Shown here: positions 10,730 to 22,499 of the stretch, piece after piece
How the letters are laid out: the number at the start of each line of letters is the position of its first letter
Position numbering within the stretch: position 1 is the first letter of the stretch
NCBI GenBank assembly: GCA_964617695.1
Contig: CAZTYW010000001.1
Coordinates: 11,684 to 75,683 of the forward strand
Direction: 5' to 3'
DNA: 64,000 bases
Origin: an uncultured Dehalococcoidia bacterium
GTDB taxonomy: Bacteria > Chloroflexota > Dehalococcoidia > UBA2247 > RBG-13-53-26
Notes under the pieces: generated by a model
What the model saw: the letters and a program-made list of their open reading frames with translations, nothing else
Database searches by the model: none
Told to the model about the DNA's origin: nothing
Position numbers and translations under genes: made by a program

Positions 10730-11177
10730 TTCCTGCGGCCTCCACTCTTCCTCCCGCTGCTTCTATCTTCTTTCTCGCAGCAGTTGACAACCTGTCAGCC
10801 CTGACTACAAGGCCCCGACTTAACTCACCTGCAGCCAGAACTTTCACCGGCCTGCTCGCCGACTTGATCAGCCCCGCCTGGAATAAACGGTCGCGATCCA
10901 CTACACTTCCAGCCTCGAATATGTTCAACCGACCTACATTCACAATCGAATATGCTGTCTTGAAAATGTTAGTGAAGCCTCGCCTTGTGGGCAGGCGCTT
11001 CACCAGGGGCAACTGTCCGCCTTCGAAATAGGCCGGAATACTGGCACCGCTCCGTGACTTTTGCCCCTTTGCACCTCTCCCTGAATACCGGCCATGGCCA
11101 CTGCCCAACCCGCGGCCAACACGCTTTCGCCCGCGCTTCGACCTCGCAGGAGCTGCCAGTTCATTCTGTCCTGCCAC
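10710..11177 (-). CDS. rplO: 50S ribosomal protein L15
   Basis: KRGRKRVGRGLGSGHGRYSGRGAKGQKSRSG...FEGGQLPL.KRLP.RGF. Confidence 0.95.
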   Translation of the reverse strand: MAGQNELAAPARSKRGRKRVGRGLGSGHGRYSGRGAKGQKSRSGASIPAYFEGGQLPLVKRLPTRRGFTNIFKTAYSIVNVGRLNIFEAGSVVDRDRLFQAGLIKSASRPVKVLAAGELSRGLVVRADRLSTAARKKIEAAGGRVEAAGSATEAR

Positions 11178-11371
11178 TATTCCTCCACCTCCTCCACCCT
11201 GACCAGATGCCTCACCTTGGCCACCATGCCACGGATGGTGGGGGAGTCGTCATGCTTCACCGTTTGACGCAGGCGACGAAGCCCCAGGGCCCTGATAGTC
11301 ATCCTCTGGTCCCTGGCGTAACCTATATCACTCTTTATCCAGGTTATGGACAGTCTAGCCACTTTCGTCAC
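11177..11371 (-). CDS. rpmD: 50S ribosomal protein L30
   Basis: 64 aa, L.ITWIKS.IG....Q..T.RALGLRRL.QTV.H.D.P.IRGM. Position between rpsE and rplO. Confidence 0.9.
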   Translation of the reverse strand: MTKVARLSITWIKSDIGYARDQRMTIRALGLRRLRQTVKHDDSPTIRGMVAKVRHLVRVEEVEE

Positions 11372-11394
11372 TTCGTTTCCGTCGCATCACCGTA

Positions 11395-11874
11395 TTACTG
11401 CGCTTTTCGCCTGGCCACCACTTTCTCCGGCTCTCTCAACTGACTCAGCGCCATCACGGTTGCCTTCACCACATTTATCGGATTGGAGGCACCGAGAGAC
11501 TTGGTAAGAACGTCCTTGACGCCGGCAGCCTCAAGCACCGCCCGAACACTACCTCCGGCAATCACCCCGGTACCCGGCGCCGCCGGCTTCAGTATGACTT
11601 TGGCTGCTCCAAACTTGCCCATTATCTCATGCGGGATTGTCGTTCCCGCCAAAGATACCTCAGTCAAGTTCTTCCTGGCGATGACACCGGCCTTCTGGAT
11701 CGCCTGCGAGACCTCCTTCGCCTTCCCCATGCCAATTCCCACCTGGCCACTCCCATCGCCAACCGCTACCAGAGCACTGAAGCTGAGGTTCTTGCCGCCC
11801 TTTACCACTTTGGCAACGCGGTTCACGTGTATCAGCTTCTCGATTAGTTCCGCTTTGGCCTCTAATTGTTCCAC
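11395..11874 (-). CDS. rpsE: 30S ribosomal protein S5
   Basis: [38 protein letters not shown]. Confidence 0.95.
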   Translation of the reverse strand: MEQLEAKAELIEKLIHVNRVAKVVKGGKNLSFSALVAVGDGSGQVGIGMGKAKEVSQAIQKAGVIARKNLTEVSLAGTTIPHEIMGKFGAAKVILKPAAPGTGVIAGGSVRAVLEAAGVKDVLTKSLGASNPINVVKATVMALSQLREPEKVVARRKAQ

Positions 11875-11888
11875 GTTGACCTCTCGCC

Positions 11889-12221
11889 TCAGAACTCCAA
11901 TCCTGTCTTCCTGGCCGCTTCGGCCACAGCCCTGACGCGACCATGATACTTGTATCCACGCCTGTCGAAGACGACCGCGGTAACGCCCTTCTCCATAGCT
12001 CGCTTGCCAACCAACGACCCTACCAGCTCAGCACCCTTGATCTTCCCGTCTGCCTCACCTCTCAGCTCAGGCTCAAGGCTGCACGCGGAGGCCACAGTAT
12101 GAGAGTGGGCGTCGTCTATTATCTGGGCATAGGTGTGTTTCAGGCTACGGTACACACACAACCGGGGTCTTGACTTGTGAGCAACGCGCCGCTGGCGCAA
12201 CCTTCTGGCTATCCTACCCAT
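11889..12221 (-). CDS. rplR: 50S ribosomal protein L18
   Basis: [20 protein letters not shown]......[25 protein letters not shown]. Confidence 0.95.
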   Translation of the reverse strand: MGRIARRLRQRRVAHKSRPRLCVYRSLKHTYAQIIDDAHSHTVASACSLEPELRGEADGKIKGAELVGSLVGKRAMEKGVTAVVFDRRGYKYHGRVRAVAEAARKTGLEF

Positions 12222-12224
12222 GTC

Positions 12225-12779
12225 CTACTTCTTCTTACCCGCTGCTCTACCGGCTTTGCCAGGCTTCAGGCGCACTTGCTCCCCGGAGTATCTGATGCCC
12301 TTGCCTTTATATGCATCAGGAGGACGAATAGCGCGGATGCTGGCGGCCACACGACCGACCAACTCCTTGTCTATTCCGAAGACCTTTATTCTATTCGCAC
12401 CCTCTACAGTGAGAGATATGCCTGGAGGCGCTGAAACCTCCACCGAGTGTGTGAAGCCCACCTGAAGACTTATCTTGTCGCCTGCAGTCTGAGCGCGATA
12501 CCCGACCCCCACAACGTCCAGATACCTCTCGAAGCCCTTATGCACCCCTTCCACCATGTTTGCCAGAAGACTGCGAGTCAGCCCATGCAAGGCGCGATAC
12601 ATCTTCTGGTCGTTGGGACGAGAGACGACCAGGTAATCATCCTTGGCAGCAATGGACATTGCTGGGTGAAAGGACCGACGAAGCTCACCCTTCGGCCCCT
12701 TCACAGTCACACTGCCCTTCCGAACAGCCACCGTGACCTCTTGTGGCAAGGGTATAGGTGATTGTCCAACTCTAGACAT
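12225..12779 (-). CDS. rplF: 50S ribosomal protein L6
   Basis: MSRVGQSPIPLP..V.V......VTVKGPKGEL...GVGYRA...G....L.VGF.H......PPG. Confidence 0.95.
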   Translation of the reverse strand: MSRVGQSPIPLPQEVTVAVRKGSVTVKGPKGELRRSFHPAMSIAAKDDYLVVSRPNDQKMYRALHGLTRSLLANMVEGVHKGFERYLDVVGVGYRAQTAGDKISLQVGFTHSVEVSAPPGISLTVEGANRIKVFGIDKELVGRVAASIRAIRPPDAYKGKGIRYSGEQVRLKPGKAGRAAGKKK

Positions 12780-12809
12780 CGTCGATCCGCCAGCCCGCCT
12801 TCTTCAAAG

Positions 12810-13205
12810 TCACCAGATGTAGCACAACAACTCGCCGCCGACACCCTGCTTCCATGCCTGCTGCCCAGTCAGTATCCCCTTAGAGGTAGAAACGATGGCG
12901 ATGCCGAGACCGCCGTACACGCGCGGGATCTCTGACCTGCCAACATACACCCTGAGCCCTGGCTTGCTTACCCGCTTCAGACCCGACAGCAGGGGCTGGT
13001 TCTTGTCATAGTACTTGAGGTAAAGCTTCAGTACCCGCCCTGGCCTGCCCTTCAGCACCTCGTAGCTGCCAATAAAACCTTCCTCCTTGAGCACCCTGGC
13101 GACAGCCAGCTTAACCTTAGACCAGGGTATCAGCACAAACTCCTGCCTCACCATATTCGCATTTCGTATCCTTGTCAGCATGTCAGCAATAGGGTCACTA
13201 ACCAT
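12810..13205 (-). CDS. rpsH: 30S ribosomal protein S8
   Basis: [17 protein letters not shown]...[15 protein letters not shown]...[10 protein letters not shown] chose the internal ATG at 13205; the longer ORF would run through rpsN. Confidence 0.93.
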   Translation of the reverse strand: MVSDPIADMLTRIRNANMVRQEFVLIPWSKVKLAVARVLKEEGFIGSYEVLKGRPGRVLKLYLKYYDKNQPLLSGLKRVSKPGLRVYVGRSEIPRVYGGLGIAIVSTSKGILTGQQAWKQGVGGELLCYIW

Positions 13206-13213
13206 ACCAGTGC

Positions 13214-13399
13214 CTACCAACTCGATTTCCTGACCCCGGCGATCAGCCCCTTCAGAGCCAGTTCCCGGAAGCAAATTCGGCAGAGGCCAAACTTGCGCAT
13301 GTAGGCGCGGGGCCGACCACACAAGTGGCATCTATTGTGCTGCTGGACTCTGTACTTCGGAGGACGCTGCGATTTCACAATCTTCGATGTCTTTGCCAA
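13214..13399 (-). CDS. rpsN: 30S ribosomal protein S14, type Z (zinc-binding)
   Basis: 61 aa, [17 protein letters not shown]...[34 protein letters not shown]. Confidence 0.93.
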   Translation of the reverse strand: MAKTSKIVKSQRPPKYRVQQHNRCHLCGRPRAYMRKFGLCRICFRELALKGLIAGVRKSSW

Positions 13400-13403
13400 C
13401 TCT

Positions 13404-13961
13404 CTAACCTCTCACAAACGGCATTCCCAGAAGCTGCAGAAGCCGTCTCCCGGCCTCATCTTCACCCGCGGTCGTCACTATAGTCACCTCAAGACCACGC
13501 GCTTTGTCTACCTTGTCGTAGTCAATCTCAGGGAAAACCAATTGATCCCTGAGACCCAGACTGTAGTTACCTCTGCCGTCAAACGAGCTTCTCGAAACAC
13601 CGCGGAAATCCCTGATGCGAGGCAGCACAGCATTGACAAGCCTATCCAGAAACTCATACATGCGTCTGCCGCGGAGTGTCACCATCATCCCAATTGGCAT
13701 TCCAGCCCTTAGCTTGAAGCTGGCGATCGACTTCCTTGCCCGAGTTGTCACTGGATGTTGGCCACATATGGCAGCCACGTCTCTCTCAGCCGATTCCAGA
13801 GCCTTCGCGTTCTGAATCGCCTCTCCCAGGCCGACGTTGATCACAATCTTGTCCAGTTTGGGCACCTGCATAATATTGGCGTAGCCAAACTCATTCAGCA
13901 TTGCAGGCACAACCTCCTGCAGGTACTTCTCCTTCAACCTGGGTGGAGCCTTGACTTCCAC
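13404..13961 (-). CDS. rplE: 50S ribosomal protein L5
   Basis: PRLKEKY...V.P.M..EFGY.N.MQVP.L.KIV.N.G.GEA. I chose the GTG at 13961, just after the rplX stop (13964); the longer ORF to 13994 would overlap rplX. Confidence 0.9.
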   Translation of the reverse strand: MEVKAPPRLKEKYLQEVVPAMLNEFGYANIMQVPKLDKIVINVGLGEAIQNAKALESAERDVAAICGQHPVTTRARKSIASFKLRAGMPIGMMVTLRGRRMYEFLDRLVNAVLPRIRDFRGVSRSSFDGRGNYSLGLRDQLVFPEIDYDKVDKARGLEVTIVTTAGEDEAGRRLLQLLGMPFVRG

Positions 13962-13963
13962 GC

Positions 13964-14272
13964 TCAATCGATCACCTCGTGACAAGAGGCGCAAACGCGC
14001 ACTTTCTTACCCCCCGCAAGGCGAAATCCTACCCGGACAGGCCTGCCACACTTGTTGCAGATCAACATCACCTTCGACACGTGAACGGGGGTCTCCAACT
14101 CGATGATGCCTGCCTGCCTGGTACCACGCCGAGCTCGCGAATGTTTCTTGGTCATGTTTACGCCGTCAACCAACAGCAACTCACCGCGCGGGTCGACACG
14201 CCGCACCTTTCCCTTCTTGCCCCTGTCGGAACCATTTATGACCATTACGTTGTCGTTCTTGCGAATCTTCAC
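13964..14272 (-). CDS. rplX: 50S ribosomal protein L24
   Basis: [24 protein letters not shown].......LVDGVNM.KKH. I chose the GTG at 14272, after the rplN stop (14277). Confidence 0.9.
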   Translation of the reverse strand: MKIRKNDNVMVINGSDRGKKGKVRRVDPRGELLLVDGVNMTKKHSRARRGTRQAGIIELETPVHVSKVMLICNKCGRPVRVGFRLAGGKKVRVCASCHEVID

Positions 14273-14276
14273 CTGG

Positions 14277-14645
14277 CTACAAGACCTCCGGTGCCAGAGA
14301 AATGATCCTGGCAAACTCCTTTTCTCGCAGTTCCCGGGCCACCGGGCCGAATATGCGCGTACCTCTCGGGTTATTCTGATCGGTAATGATCACGGCGGCA
14401 TTGTCATCGAATCTTATATATGAACCGTCGGGGCGCCGAAAGGGTCGAGCCGTCCGCACCACCACCGCCCTTACTACATCCCCCTTCTTTACCATGCCTC
14501 TGGGGACAGCTTGCTTCACAGAAGCGACTATTATGTCGCCTACCCTTGCATACCTCCGCCTTGTGCCTCCAGGCACATTTATGCACATGATGCTCTTGGC
14601 ACCGGTATTGTCGGCTACCCTAAGTCTACTGTACGGCTGAATCAT
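14277..14645 (-). CDS. rplN: 50S ribosomal protein L14
   Basis: [53 protein letters not shown]. Confidence 0.96.
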   Translation of the reverse strand: MIQPYSRLRVADNTGAKSIMCINVPGGTRRRYARVGDIIVASVKQAVPRGMVKKGDVVRAVVVRTARPFRRPDGSYIRFDDNAAVIITDQNNPRGTRIFGPVARELREKEFARIISLAPEVL

Positions 14646-14913
14646 CTATATCTGCCCCGGCAACCTCCCCCCTGGTTACTATCTCTTTCACGCACCAGTG
14701 CTTGGTTTTGGAGAAGGGGCGGCTCTCTACAATTCGAACCACATCACCCACCCGACACGCATTGTCCTGGTCGTGGGCCTTTAGCTTGACCCGACGTCTC
14801 ATAATCTTCCGATACAACGGATGAGCCTTGCGGGATTCAACAGCAACCACCACGGTCTTGTCCATGCTGTCACTCATTACCCGACCCAACAAGCTCTTCC
14901 TCCCGCTATCCAT
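14626..14913 (-). CDS. rpsQ: 30S ribosomal protein S17
   Basis: [17 protein letters not shown]....HPLY.K...R..K.KAHD..N....GD.V.I.E.RP.SK.K.W. ATG 14913 is preceded by GGGAGG. The alternative GTG at 14928 has no spacing to its SD. Confidence 0.9.
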   Translation of the reverse strand: MDSGRKSLLGRVMSDSMDKTVVVAVESRKAHPLYRKIMRRRVKLKAHDQDNACRVGDVVRIVESRPFSKTKHWCVKEIVTRGEVAGADIDDSAVQ

Positions 14914-14981
14914 CAGCCTCCCTTTCACTCCTCCGATTCCAGTCCGTGCGAATCAACATCTGAGATCCCTTCCGCTGCAAC

Positions 14982-15179
14982 TCAGGCCTCAATCAGTTCC
15001 CTCTCTCGAATGACGGTCATCATTCTGGCAATCTTCTTCTTGACCCTGCAAATCTCGCGATGGTTGACCAGCTGCCTGGTGGCGAGACGGAACCTGAGAT
15101 TGAACAGTTCGCGACGCGCTTCCTCCAACTGCTTTGCCAACTCCTGGTCATTCAGGCCACGGATTTCGTCCACCCTCAC
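14982..15179 (-). CDS. rpmC: 50S ribosomal protein L29
   Basis: 65 aa, E.R.L.D.EL...L...[13 protein letters not shown]......V.K.IAR..TV..E. Confidence 0.92.
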   Translation of the reverse strand: MRVDEIRGLNDQELAKQLEEARRELFNLRFRLATRQLVNHREICRVKKKIARMMTVIRERELIEA

Positions 15180-15592
15180 TCCTCGCCTCCCTTGGTTACA
15201 AACCTGGTCTGGATGGGAAGTTTCTGAGCCGCCAGCCGCATGGCTTCCCTCGCCGCCTCTTCTCTGATGCCGCTCACCTCGAACAGCATTCTCCCAGGCT
15301 TGACCACAGCTACCCAGTGCTCCGGGCTGCCCTTGCCACTACCCATGCGCGTCTCCGCCGGCTTCTTGGTCATTGGCCTGTCAGGAAACACACGAATCCA
15401 CATCTTGACTCCACGACGGAGGTAGTGAACGATTGACCGGCGAGCCGCTTCAATCTGCCTGGCGGTGAGCCACGTGCTCTCCAAGGCCTGCAGCCCAAAA
15501 TCTCCAAACACCAGGGCATTGCCCGCCTGCGCAGTTCCTCTGAGGTTACCTTTATGTTGTTTCCGGTGCTTGACCCTCTTCGGTTGCAACAT
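15176..15592 (-). CDS. rplP: 50S ribosomal protein L16
   Basis: [22 protein letters not shown]...FGDFGLQA......T.RQIEAAR. Confidence 0.96.
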   Translation of the reverse strand: MLQPKRVKHRKQHKGNLRGTAQAGNALVFGDFGLQALESTWLTARQIEAARRSIVHYLRRGVKMWIRVFPDRPMTKKPAETRMGSGKGSPEHWVAVVKPGRMLFEVSGIREEAAREAMRLAAQKLPIQTRFVTKGGEE

Positions 15593-16343
15593 CCTCTATC
15601 ACCTTATCACTCGCTTCTTCCGAGGCCTCTTCGGCCGGCAATTCCTCCTCAGCTTGCGATGCCTCTTCGCCGCCTACAGCCGCAGGCTGAGTAATCTCCA
15701 CTTCGACCTCCTCGCGCTCGGGAAACACGTCGCCCCTGTAGATCCAGACCTTGATTCCGATCCGACCCAGCAGCGTACGGGCCTCACAGAACCCATAATC
15801 GATATCAGCGCGCAGGGTATGCAAGGGCACCCTGCCTTCGTGGAATGTTATCCTCCGCGCGATCTCTGCACCTCCAAGCCTGCCAGAGCACATTATTTTC
15901 ACTCCCTTGGCACCGGCCTGCATGGTGCGAGATATCGCCCGCCTCATAGCTCTGCGGTAGGCGATCTGCTGCTCTATTTGGTTCGCCACATTCTTCGCCA
16001 CCAGATAGCCGTCCAGTTCAGGCTCACGGACCTCCACTATGTTGAGCCGAATCTTCCTGCCACACATGTTTTCAAGCAGCCGTCTCAACTCATCTACTCT
16101 CTGACCACCCCTACCTATCACTATTCCCGGCCTGGCAGTGTGAGCTGTTACAACGACTTCCTTCGCCCAGCGCTCAATATCCAGCTTGGAAATACCCGCT
16201 TCCGAATTCCTCGACTGAATCAGGTTCCGGATGCGAAGGTCCTCTTGAACGAACTCAGCATAGCTCTTATCCGCATACCACCTTGAACGCCAGTCATTGA
16301 TGATCCCGATTCTGAAGCCTGTCGGATGAACCTTCTGCCCCAC
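15552..16343 (-). CDS. rpsC: 30S ribosomal protein S3 with a long acidic C-terminal tail
   Basis: [21 protein letters not shown]...Y...KH domain...[11 protein letters not shown]....[15 protein letters not shown]. Tail EEVEVEITQ...[26 protein letters not shown] overlaps the rplP start by 41 nt. Confidence 0.94.
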   Translation of the reverse strand: MGQKVHPTGFRIGIINDWRSRWYADKSYAEFVQEDLRIRNLIQSRNSEAGISKLDIERWAKEVVVTAHTARPGIVIGRGGQRVDELRRLLENMCGRKIRLNIVEVREPELDGYLVAKNVANQIEQQIAYRRAMRRAISRTMQAGAKGVKIMCSGRLGGAEIARRITFHEGRVPLHTLRADIDYGFCEARTLLGRIGIKVWIYRGDVFPEREEVEVEITQPAAVGGEEASQAEEELPAEEASEEASDKVIEDVATEEGQAPETT

Positions 16344-16682
16344 TTATTCCTCCGTGTCCACAACAGCAGTGATATGGCTTGTCCGCCTGAGAATGGGGTT
16401 TGCACGCCCCCTCGCCTGAGCACGAAATCTTCTTAAGCTGGCGGCCTGGTCGATATACAGGCCGACTATCTTCAGGTCCGACACAGGCACCTGATTATTG
16501 TTCTCTGCATTGGCCGCCGCCGATTTCACTACTTTGGCTATCGCCCGGGCTGAAGGAGTGGTGTAGAAACCGAGAAGTGCAAGCGCTTCGTCCACTCTTT
16601 TCCCACGCACCTCACTCGCCACCAGGCGCAGCTTCTTGGAAGATATGCCAACATACCTGGCAATCGCCCTCACCTTCATCAC
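16344..16682 (-). CDS. rplV: 50S ribosomal protein L22
   Basis: [26 protein letters not shown]......A....K...SA.ANAENN. Confidence 0.94.
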   Translation of the reverse strand: MMKVRAIARYVGISSKKLRLVASEVRGKRVDEALALLGFYTTPSARAIAKVVKSAAANAENNNQVPVSDLKIVGLYIDQAASLRRFRAQARGRANPILRRTSHITAVVDTEE

Positions 16683-16966
16683 TTCTTCCTCTGACCACCC
16701 CGCTCTGACCTGGCCACGTGCCCTCTGAAAGTCCGAGTCGGCGCGAACTCACCCAGCCTGTGCCCTACCATATTCTCGGTGATGAAAATGGGGACATGCC
16801 TTCGTCCGTCGTGCACGGCAATAGTCTGGCCAACCATCTCTGGCACAACAGTGCAAGCGCGAGCCCACGTCTTTATGATCGTCTTCTCTCCCGTCGCACT
16901 GGCAGCCAGCACCTTCTTCATCAGCTTGGCATCGATAAACGGACCTTTCTTCACCGACCTCGACAT
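16679..16966 (-). CDS. rpsS: 30S ribosomal protein S19
   Basis: [15 protein letters not shown]..........IKTW.R...[36 protein letters not shown]. Confidence 0.96.
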   Translation of the reverse strand: MSRSVKKGPFIDAKLMKKVLAASATGEKTIIKTWARACTVVPEMVGQTIAVHDGRRHVPIFITENMVGHRLGEFAPTRTFRGHVARSERGGQRKK

Positions 16967-16971
16967 CGCCC

Positions 16972-17793
16972 CTACTTTCTCCGCTTGACAATCATCTTGT
17001 CGCTGGACTTCCTTTTCCGTGTCTTGTAACCCAAAGCCGGCTTGCCCCAGGGAGTCTTCGGATTCATTCCCCGAGGAGACCTGCCTTCTCCCCCACCATG
17101 AGGATGATCACGGGGACTCATGGCCGAACCCCGAACCGTGGGCCGCCAGCCTAACCACCTGTTGCGTCCGGCCTTGCCCACATTAATATTCTGATGATCG
17201 AGATTACCCACCTGACCAACGGTGGCTGTACAGGCGCTCAGGATTTTGCGCAGCTCACCCGAGGGCAACTTTATCAGGGTATAGCGCTCCTCACGCCCCA
17301 TTACCTGGGCGGCGCTTCCGGCACTGCGCGCCAGTTGGGCTCCCCTTCCCGGTTGAAGCTCAATGTTGTGTACCATGGTGCCACTTGGGATCTGGTACAA
17401 AGGCAGCGCATTGCCCGCCTTCACCTCGGCGCCGGGGCCTGACAGAATGGTATCGCCTGGCGTCAAACCGATCGGTGCAATGATATAGCGCTTCTCTCCA
17501 TCGGCATACTGTGCCAAGGCTATCCGAGCTGAGCGGTTAGGATCGTATTCAATGGCCACGACTTCGGCAGGAATACCCGCCTTGTCCCGTTTGAAATCGA
17601 TAACGCGAAGCATCCGCTTCGCCCCACCCCCGCGATGACGCACCGTTATCCTTCCCTGATTGTTGCGTCCTGCCCTCTTCTTCAGAGGCAGAAGCAGAGA
17701 CTTCTCCGGCCCTTTCTTCGTAATCTCCTGGAAGCCAGAGCCAGTCATGCCTCGCCTGCCGGGAGAAGTTGGCTTATATACTTTCAGTGCCAT
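16972..17793 (-). CDS. rplB: 50S ribosomal protein L2
   Basis: [51 protein letters not shown]...[15 protein letters not shown]. Confidence 0.96.
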   Translation of the reverse strand: MALKVYKPTSPGRRGMTGSGFQEITKKGPEKSLLLPLKKRAGRNNQGRITVRHRGGGAKRMLRVIDFKRDKAGIPAEVVAIEYDPNRSARIALAQYADGEKRYIIAPIGLTPGDTILSGPGAEVKAGNALPLYQIPSGTMVHNIELQPGRGAQLARSAGSAAQVMGREERYTLIKLPSGELRKILSACTATVGQVGNLDHQNINVGKAGRNRWLGWRPTVRGSAMSPRDHPHGGGEGRSPRGMNPKTPWGKPALGYKTRKRKSSDKMIVKRRK

Positions 17794-17795
17794 GG

Positions 17796-18080
17796 TTACA
17801 CGCCCTCAAACAACTCAATCTTCTGCCCGGCTTTGAGTGTGACCACCGCCTTCCTCCAGGAAGGTGTCAGGATCTGGCGTCTGCCCACCCTCCTTGTCTT
17901 GCCAGGGACCGTCATCACGTTTACATCCAGCACTTTGACCTTGAAAGCCTTCTCCACGGCTGCCTTGACCTGCCGTTTGTTAGTATTGCGAGCCACTTCA
18001 AAGGTATACTTCTGCTGCTCTTGAAGACCGGTGCTCTTTTCCGTCACGACAGGACGGCGCAACACTTCGTAGAGGTGCAT
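17796..18080 (-). CDS. rplW: 50S ribosomal protein L23
   Basis: [17 protein letters not shown]......KYTFEV....NK.QVK.AVEKAF.VKV..VN. I chose the ATG at 18080; the longer ORF would overlap rplD. Confidence 0.92.
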   Translation of the reverse strand: MHLYEVLRRPVVTEKSTGLQEQQKYTFEVARNTNKRQVKAAVEKAFKVKVLDVNVMTVPGKTRRVGRRQILTPSWRKAVVTLKAGQKIELFEGV

Positions 18081-18087
18081 TCTCAGG

Positions 18088-18738
18088 CTAAGCCTCCTCT
18101 GAGATGGGCTGCCTTGCACCCCAGGTCTGCTCTACTCGGCGCACCGCTTCCGCCGTGATTACCAGGAACCGGTATGACAACAGGTCTGCAACGTTCAGCA
18201 ACGCCGCTGGCAGCGTTCTGGTTCGCGGCAGGTTGCGGGCTGACTTGACAATGTTAACTGCTGGCTCCGCGGTAACAATGAGTGCCGAATGATCCGCACC
18301 AAGCGTCCTCAGTATGCTCGCCATCTCTGCTGTCCTGGGCTGTGCCACATCGAACTCCTTCAATATCACCATTTCCCCAGAAGATGCCTTGGCGGAGAGC
18401 AGGCATTTCAGAGCCAGGCGACGCATCTTCTTGGGCATCCTCTGCCCGTAGCTTCTGGGGTGTGGCCCAAAGGCCTTCCCACCGCCTCTGAGAAGCGGCG
18501 AGCGCCTGGTTCCCCGTCTTGCCCATCCTGTGTGCTTCTGTCGAAACAGCTTTCTCGTGCTTCCGGAGACCTCCCCTCTTGTCTTCGTCGAAGCCGTCCC
18601 TAGCCGCGCATTGGCCAGTTGCCTGACCACGGCTTGATGCACCACGGGCTCGTTGAACGGCACTGCGAACACGCCGTCCTGAATCTCAATGTTCTCGACA
18701 ACCTCGCCCGACGTGTTGTGGACCGGAAACTGCATCAC
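18088..18738 (-). CDS. rplD: 50S ribosomal protein L4
   Basis: [42 protein letters not shown]...GGG.AFGP.PR.Y. Confidence 0.94.
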   Translation of the reverse strand: MMQFPVHNTSGEVVENIEIQDGVFAVPFNEPVVHQAVVRQLANARLGTASTKTRGEVSGSTRKLFRQKHTGWARRGTRRSPLLRGGGKAFGPHPRSYGQRMPKKMRRLALKCLLSAKASSGEMVILKEFDVAQPRTAEMASILRTLGADHSALIVTAEPAVNIVKSARNLPRTRTLPAALLNVADLLSYRFLVITAEAVRRVEQTWGARQPISEEA

Positions 18739-19376
18739 CGACGCCTGCCTCCCCCCGACTTCCTGATAATCAACAGCCCATTTGTGGCCCCGGGCACTGC
18801 GCCACCGATCAACAGGAGGTTCCTGCCTGCGTCCGCCTGAATCACCTTCAGGTTCCGCACGCTGACCCTCTCGCTGCCCATGTGTCCCGCCATGCGTGTC
18901 CCTTTGAAGACTCTTCCCGGAAACGTAGTTCCGCCGATAGAACCAGGGGCACGCAGCCGATCCGATTGACCATGTGTCTTGGGACCACCGCCAAAGTGGT
19001 GCCGTTTCACGACGCCCGCAAATCCTCTGCCCTTGGATGTTCCGACAACATCAACCCGATCTCCAGCCTCGAAAATGCCCACGTCTACGCGTTGCCCTAT
19101 CTCAACTGACTCAGGTCCTTCAATCCTGAATTCCCTCAGGTGTCTCAACTCCCGTCCTGCTCCCTTCAGATGTCCCTTCTCCGGGGCATTCAGCCGTTTC
19201 GTCTCACTGAAGCCAAGCTGCACCGCATCATACCCGTCCCTGGACCGTGTCTTCACTTGACACACAAAACAAGGACCGGCCTCTATCGCAGTGACCGCCT
19301 GCAAGTTGCCAGCATCATCGAAAACCTGGGTCATGCCTAGTTTTCGGCCAATGATCCCGTTAAAATACACTGCCAT
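18735..19376 (-). CDS. rplC: 50S ribosomal protein L3
   Basis: [13 protein letters not shown]...G....VT.IEAGPC.V.Q.KT...DGY.AVQLGF...TSKG.GFAG..KRH.F.GGP..HG. Confidence 0.96.
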   Translation of the reverse strand: MAVYFNGIIGRKLGMTQVFDDAGNLQAVTAIEAGPCFVCQVKTRSRDGYDAVQLGFSETKRLNAPEKGHLKGAGRELRHLREFRIEGPESVEIGQRVDVGIFEAGDRVDVVGTSKGRGFAGVVKRHHFGGGPKTHGQSDRLRAPGSIGGTTFPGRVFKGTRMAGHMGSERVSVRNLKVIQADAGRNLLLIGGAVPGATNGLLIIRKSGGGRRR

Positions 19377-19473
19377 TGTGTCTCCGTCTGCTGAACTCCC
19401 GCACGAATCCAGGTATCCCTGCTAGCAACGAGGTTTTCCACCCCTGACGCCGTCCAACTCGCTGGCGCTCACG

Positions 19474-19782
19474 CTATAACTTGATCTCCACATCAACCCC
19501 TGACGGCAAGTTCAACCGAGTCAGGGCCTCAATCGTCTTGGACGTAGGGTCAAGGATGTCTATTAGACGCTTGTGCGTACGGATCTCGAATTGCTCCCTG
19601 GAATCCTTGTCAATGAAAGGAGAGCGTATTACACAGAACTTCTGGATTCGCGTAGGCAACGGCACTGGCCCGGCGACACGAGCGCCAGTCTGCTCAGCCG
19701 TTTCCGTGATCTGCACCGCCGACTGGTCCAGAATCTTGTGATCAAATGATCTGAGCTTGATGCGAATCTTCTGCTTCGGCAT
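19474..19782 (-). CDS. rpsJ: 30S ribosomal protein S10
   Basis: QKIRIKL.S.DH..LD.S...I..TA...GA.V.GP.PLPT.......[22 protein letters not shown]. Confidence 0.96.
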   Translation of the reverse strand: MPKQKIRIKLRSFDHKILDQSAVQITETAEQTGARVAGPVPLPTRIQKFCVIRSPFIDKDSREQFEIRTHKRLIDILDPTSKTIEALTRLNLPSGVDVEIKL

Positions 19783-19783
19783 C

Positions 19784-21865
19784 CTAGACCAACCTCCGCC
19801 CAGAACCGACGATCTGCTCCAGCAAAGCTGGAGGCAACTCCTGATAATGATGGAATTCCATCGAGTGTGTAGCCCTGCCCTGAGTCAATGACCTGAGCAC
19901 AGTCGCATAACCGAAAGTCTCTCCCAAAGGAATCAGAGCATGAATGACTCTGGTATGCCCCTGCACTCCAATGCCCTCAACGTGAGCTCTTCGCCCATCA
20001 ATGTCGCCGAGTATGTCACCCAGGAATTGCTCAGGTGTATATATGTCTAGTCTCATGATCGGCTCAAGCAGGGTAGGTTCGGCCCGGCTCGCTGCTTCAG
20101 TGGTAGCCATGGACCCTGCGATCTTGAAGGCCACATCAGATGAGTCCACCTCATGAAAGCCTCCGTCATACAGGGTCACTCTTGTATCCACTATCGGATA
20201 GCCGGCCAGTATACCCCTCTCCAGGGCCTCCCGTACGCCCGCCTCCACAGACGGAATGAATTCTCTCGGTATGACCCCTGCCTTGACCCGGTTGACAAAG
20301 CTGAAACCGCTGCCTCTCTCCGCTGGTTCTAGTTTGAGCACAACATGACCATACTGTCCCCGCCCGCCGAACTGTCTGATGAATCTGCCCTCGGCCTCCG
20401 CAGGCTGACTGATCGTTTCCTTGTAGGCCACCTGCGGTCTCCCAGTCCTTGCTTCGACCTTAAACTCGCTCCGCATCCGCTCCAACAGGACCTCCAGGTG
20501 GAGTTCACCCATGCCCGAGATAACGGTCTGTCCCGTCTCTGAGTCATAGTGAGTCTCAAAAGTCGGGTCCTCCTCTGTCAGTTTTGTCAGACTCTCCCCA
20601 ATTCGGTCCTGGTCAGCCTTGGTCTTCGGCTCGATAGCCACCGAGATAACCGGCTCCGGGAAGCGAATAGGCTCAAGCAGGATCGGCCTGGACGAATCAC
20701 ACAGGGTATCCCCAGTGAAAGTACTCTTCAAGCCCAGGGCAGCAGCAATGCCACCGGCGTGAACCTCGTCCACCTCCTCCCGCCGGTTGGCGTGCATCCT
20801 GAGCAGCCTGCCAAGCCGCTCCTTCCTTTGCTTCGTAGAGTTGAATACCTGGGCCTTGGCTTTCACCTTACCAGAATAGACTCGAAAATACACCAGCCTG
20901 CCAACGAACGGGTCAGTAACCACCTTGAAGGCAAGCGCCGAAAAAGGCTCACGCTCACTGGCCGTACGGGCAACTGTCTGGCCAGTCCTGGGATCGGAGC
21001 CTTCGATCGGCGGCACATCCAGAGGCGACGGCAGATAGTACACTATGGCGTCAAGAAGCGGCTGGATGCCCCTGTTTCTCAAAGCACTGCCACAGAGAAC
21101 AGGAACAAGCTTGTTGGCCACGCATGCCCTGCGCAGGGCTGCCCTGATCTCCGAAGCAGTCACCGAGCGTCCCTCCAGGTAAGCGCCCATGAACTGGTCA
21201 TCCTCTTCTGCCAGGCGCTCCAGCAGGATTTCCCTGTGCTGGCGAGCCTCCTGCCTGTAGTCCTCGGGGATATCCTTCACAACAGGCACCGAATCAATAT
21301 CTTCTGAGAAGGTCCAGGCTTTGTTCTCAATCAGGTCGACCACGCCTTCAAAGGACCTCTCCGCGCCCAACGGCAACTGCAGCGGCACCGCTTTCGCACC
21401 GAGAAGCTCCTCCAGCATACTCACCGTGTGGTAGAAATCAGCGCCCACCCGGTCCATCTTGTTAACGAAGCAGATCCTGGGGACCGCGTATCCATCCGCC
21501 TGTCTCCAGACGGTCTCGGACTGTGGCTGCACACCCGCTACCGCGTCCAGGACTACTACTCCGCCATCCAGCACTCGCAGACTTCGCTCCACCTCGGCAG
21601 TGAAATCGACATGGCCTGGCGTGTCGATCAGGTTGACACGGTGGCCCAGCCAGTAACAGGTGGTAGCCGCAGAGGTGATCGTTATTCCTCGCTCCCTTTC
21701 CTGATCCATCCAGTCCATTACCGCCGTTCCCTCGTCGACCGCCCCCAACTTATAGGTCCGGCCAGTGTAATAGAGAATCCTCTCGGTGACGGTAGTCTTC
21801 CCGGCATCGATGTGAGCAATTATTCCGATGTTTCTTACCTGACTCAGTTCAAAAGCCCCACGCAT
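19784..21865 (-). CDS. fusA: translation elongation factor G
   Basis: [24 protein letters not shown]...[22 protein letters not shown] 21865 is preceded by AGGAG. The longer ORF to 21952 would add an unconserved 29-aa extension overlapping rpsG. Confidence 0.93.
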   Translation of the reverse strand: MRGAFELSQVRNIGIIAHIDAGKTTVTERILYYTGRTYKLGAVDEGTAVMDWMDQERERGITITSAATTCYWLGHRVNLIDTPGHVDFTAEVERSLRVLDGGVVVLDAVAGVQPQSETVWRQADGYAVPRICFVNKMDRVGADFYHTVSMLEELLGAKAVPLQLPLGAERSFEGVVDLIENKAWTFSEDIDSVPVVKDIPEDYRQEARQHREILLERLAEEDDQFMGAYLEGRSVTASEIRAALRRACVANKLVPVLCGSALRNRGIQPLLDAIVYYLPSPLDVPPIEGSDPRTGQTVARTASEREPFSALAFKVVTDPFVGRLVYFRVYSGKVKAKAQVFNSTKQRKERLGRLLRMHANRREEVDEVHAGGIAAALGLKSTFTGDTLCDSSRPILLEPIRFPEPVISVAIEPKTKADQDRIGESLTKLTEEDPTFETHYDSETGQTVISGMGELHLEVLLERMRSEFKVEARTGRPQVAYKETISQPAEAEGRFIRQFGGRGQYGHVVLKLEPAERGSGFSFVNRVKAGVIPREFIPSVEAGVREALERGILAGYPIVDTRVTLYDGGFHEVDSSDVAFKIAGSMATTEAASRAEPTLLEPIMRLDIYTPEQFLGDILGDIDGRRAHVEGIGVQGHTRVIHALIPLGETFGYATVLRSLTQGRATHSMEFHHYQELPPALLEQIVGSGRRLV

Positions 21866-21945
21866 GTCCCGCGCTCCTGTCGCAGGGATCTCCCGATCAG
21901 CCTGAACAACGGATGCAGTCAAGGATTCGGCAACCAATGATCTCT

Positions 21946-22416
21946 CTACCATCTGAAGTGTGCAAAGGCTTTGTTTGCCTCAGCCATTCTGTGGGTCTCT
22001 TCGCGCTTCTTGATCGTGGCTCCCTGACTTCGAAAGGCATCCACAATCTCAGCGGCCAGTCTCTCCGACATCGACCGCCCAGTCCGCGCCCTGGATGCCG
22101 CCAGCAGCCAGCGTATGGCAAGCACAGTACCACGTTCACCCCTTACTTCAACCGGAACCTGATAGGTAGCACCAGCAACTCGTCGCGGTTTCACCTGCAG
22201 CAGCGGCGTGGCATTCTTGATTGCCTGCTCAAGAACGTCCACCGGCGGTCTTTTCAGCTCATCAGAAGCAAGGTCAAGTGCCGTGTAGACGATCTTCTGC
22301 GCTGTGCTTTTCTTGCCCCACCTCATTACCTTGTTTGTGATTCTTGTTACCAGTTGACTACCGTACCTGGTATCAGGCGGCACATCCCTCTTTACTACCT
22401 TACCCCTCCGCGGCAT
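21946..22416 (-). CDS. rpsG: 30S ribosomal protein S7
   Basis: MPRRGKV.KR...PD..Y.S.LV......M..GKKS.A..IVY.AL........[16 protein letters not shown]. Confidence 0.96.
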   Translation of the reverse strand: MPRRGKVVKRDVPPDTRYGSQLVTRITNKVMRWGKKSTAQKIVYTALDLASDELKRPPVDVLEQAIKNATPLLQVKPRRVAGATYQVPVEVRGERGTVLAIRWLLAASRARTGRSMSERLAAEIVDAFRSQGATIKKREETHRMAEANKAFAHFRW

Positions 22417-22499
22417 CTGCTAACCTCCGAAGATCACAAAAAAAGACTCGGGCACTTCCTTCACGACTGCACACCATCCCCCGGCCAATCCAGAGAATC

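Noticed and set aside
15465-16286. 273-aa plus-strand ORF
   Set aside because: Antisense to rpsC and rplP. No recognisable domain. Shadow ORF.
20549-21307. 252-aa plus-strand ORF
   Set aside because: Antisense to fusA. Shadow ORF.
21866-21952. 29-aa N-terminal extension of EF-G overlapping rpsG
   Set aside because: The extension ([29 protein letters not shown]) is not part of conserved EF-G N-termini. ATG 21865 has an AGGAG SD and gives the usual distance to the G1 motif AHIDAGKTT.
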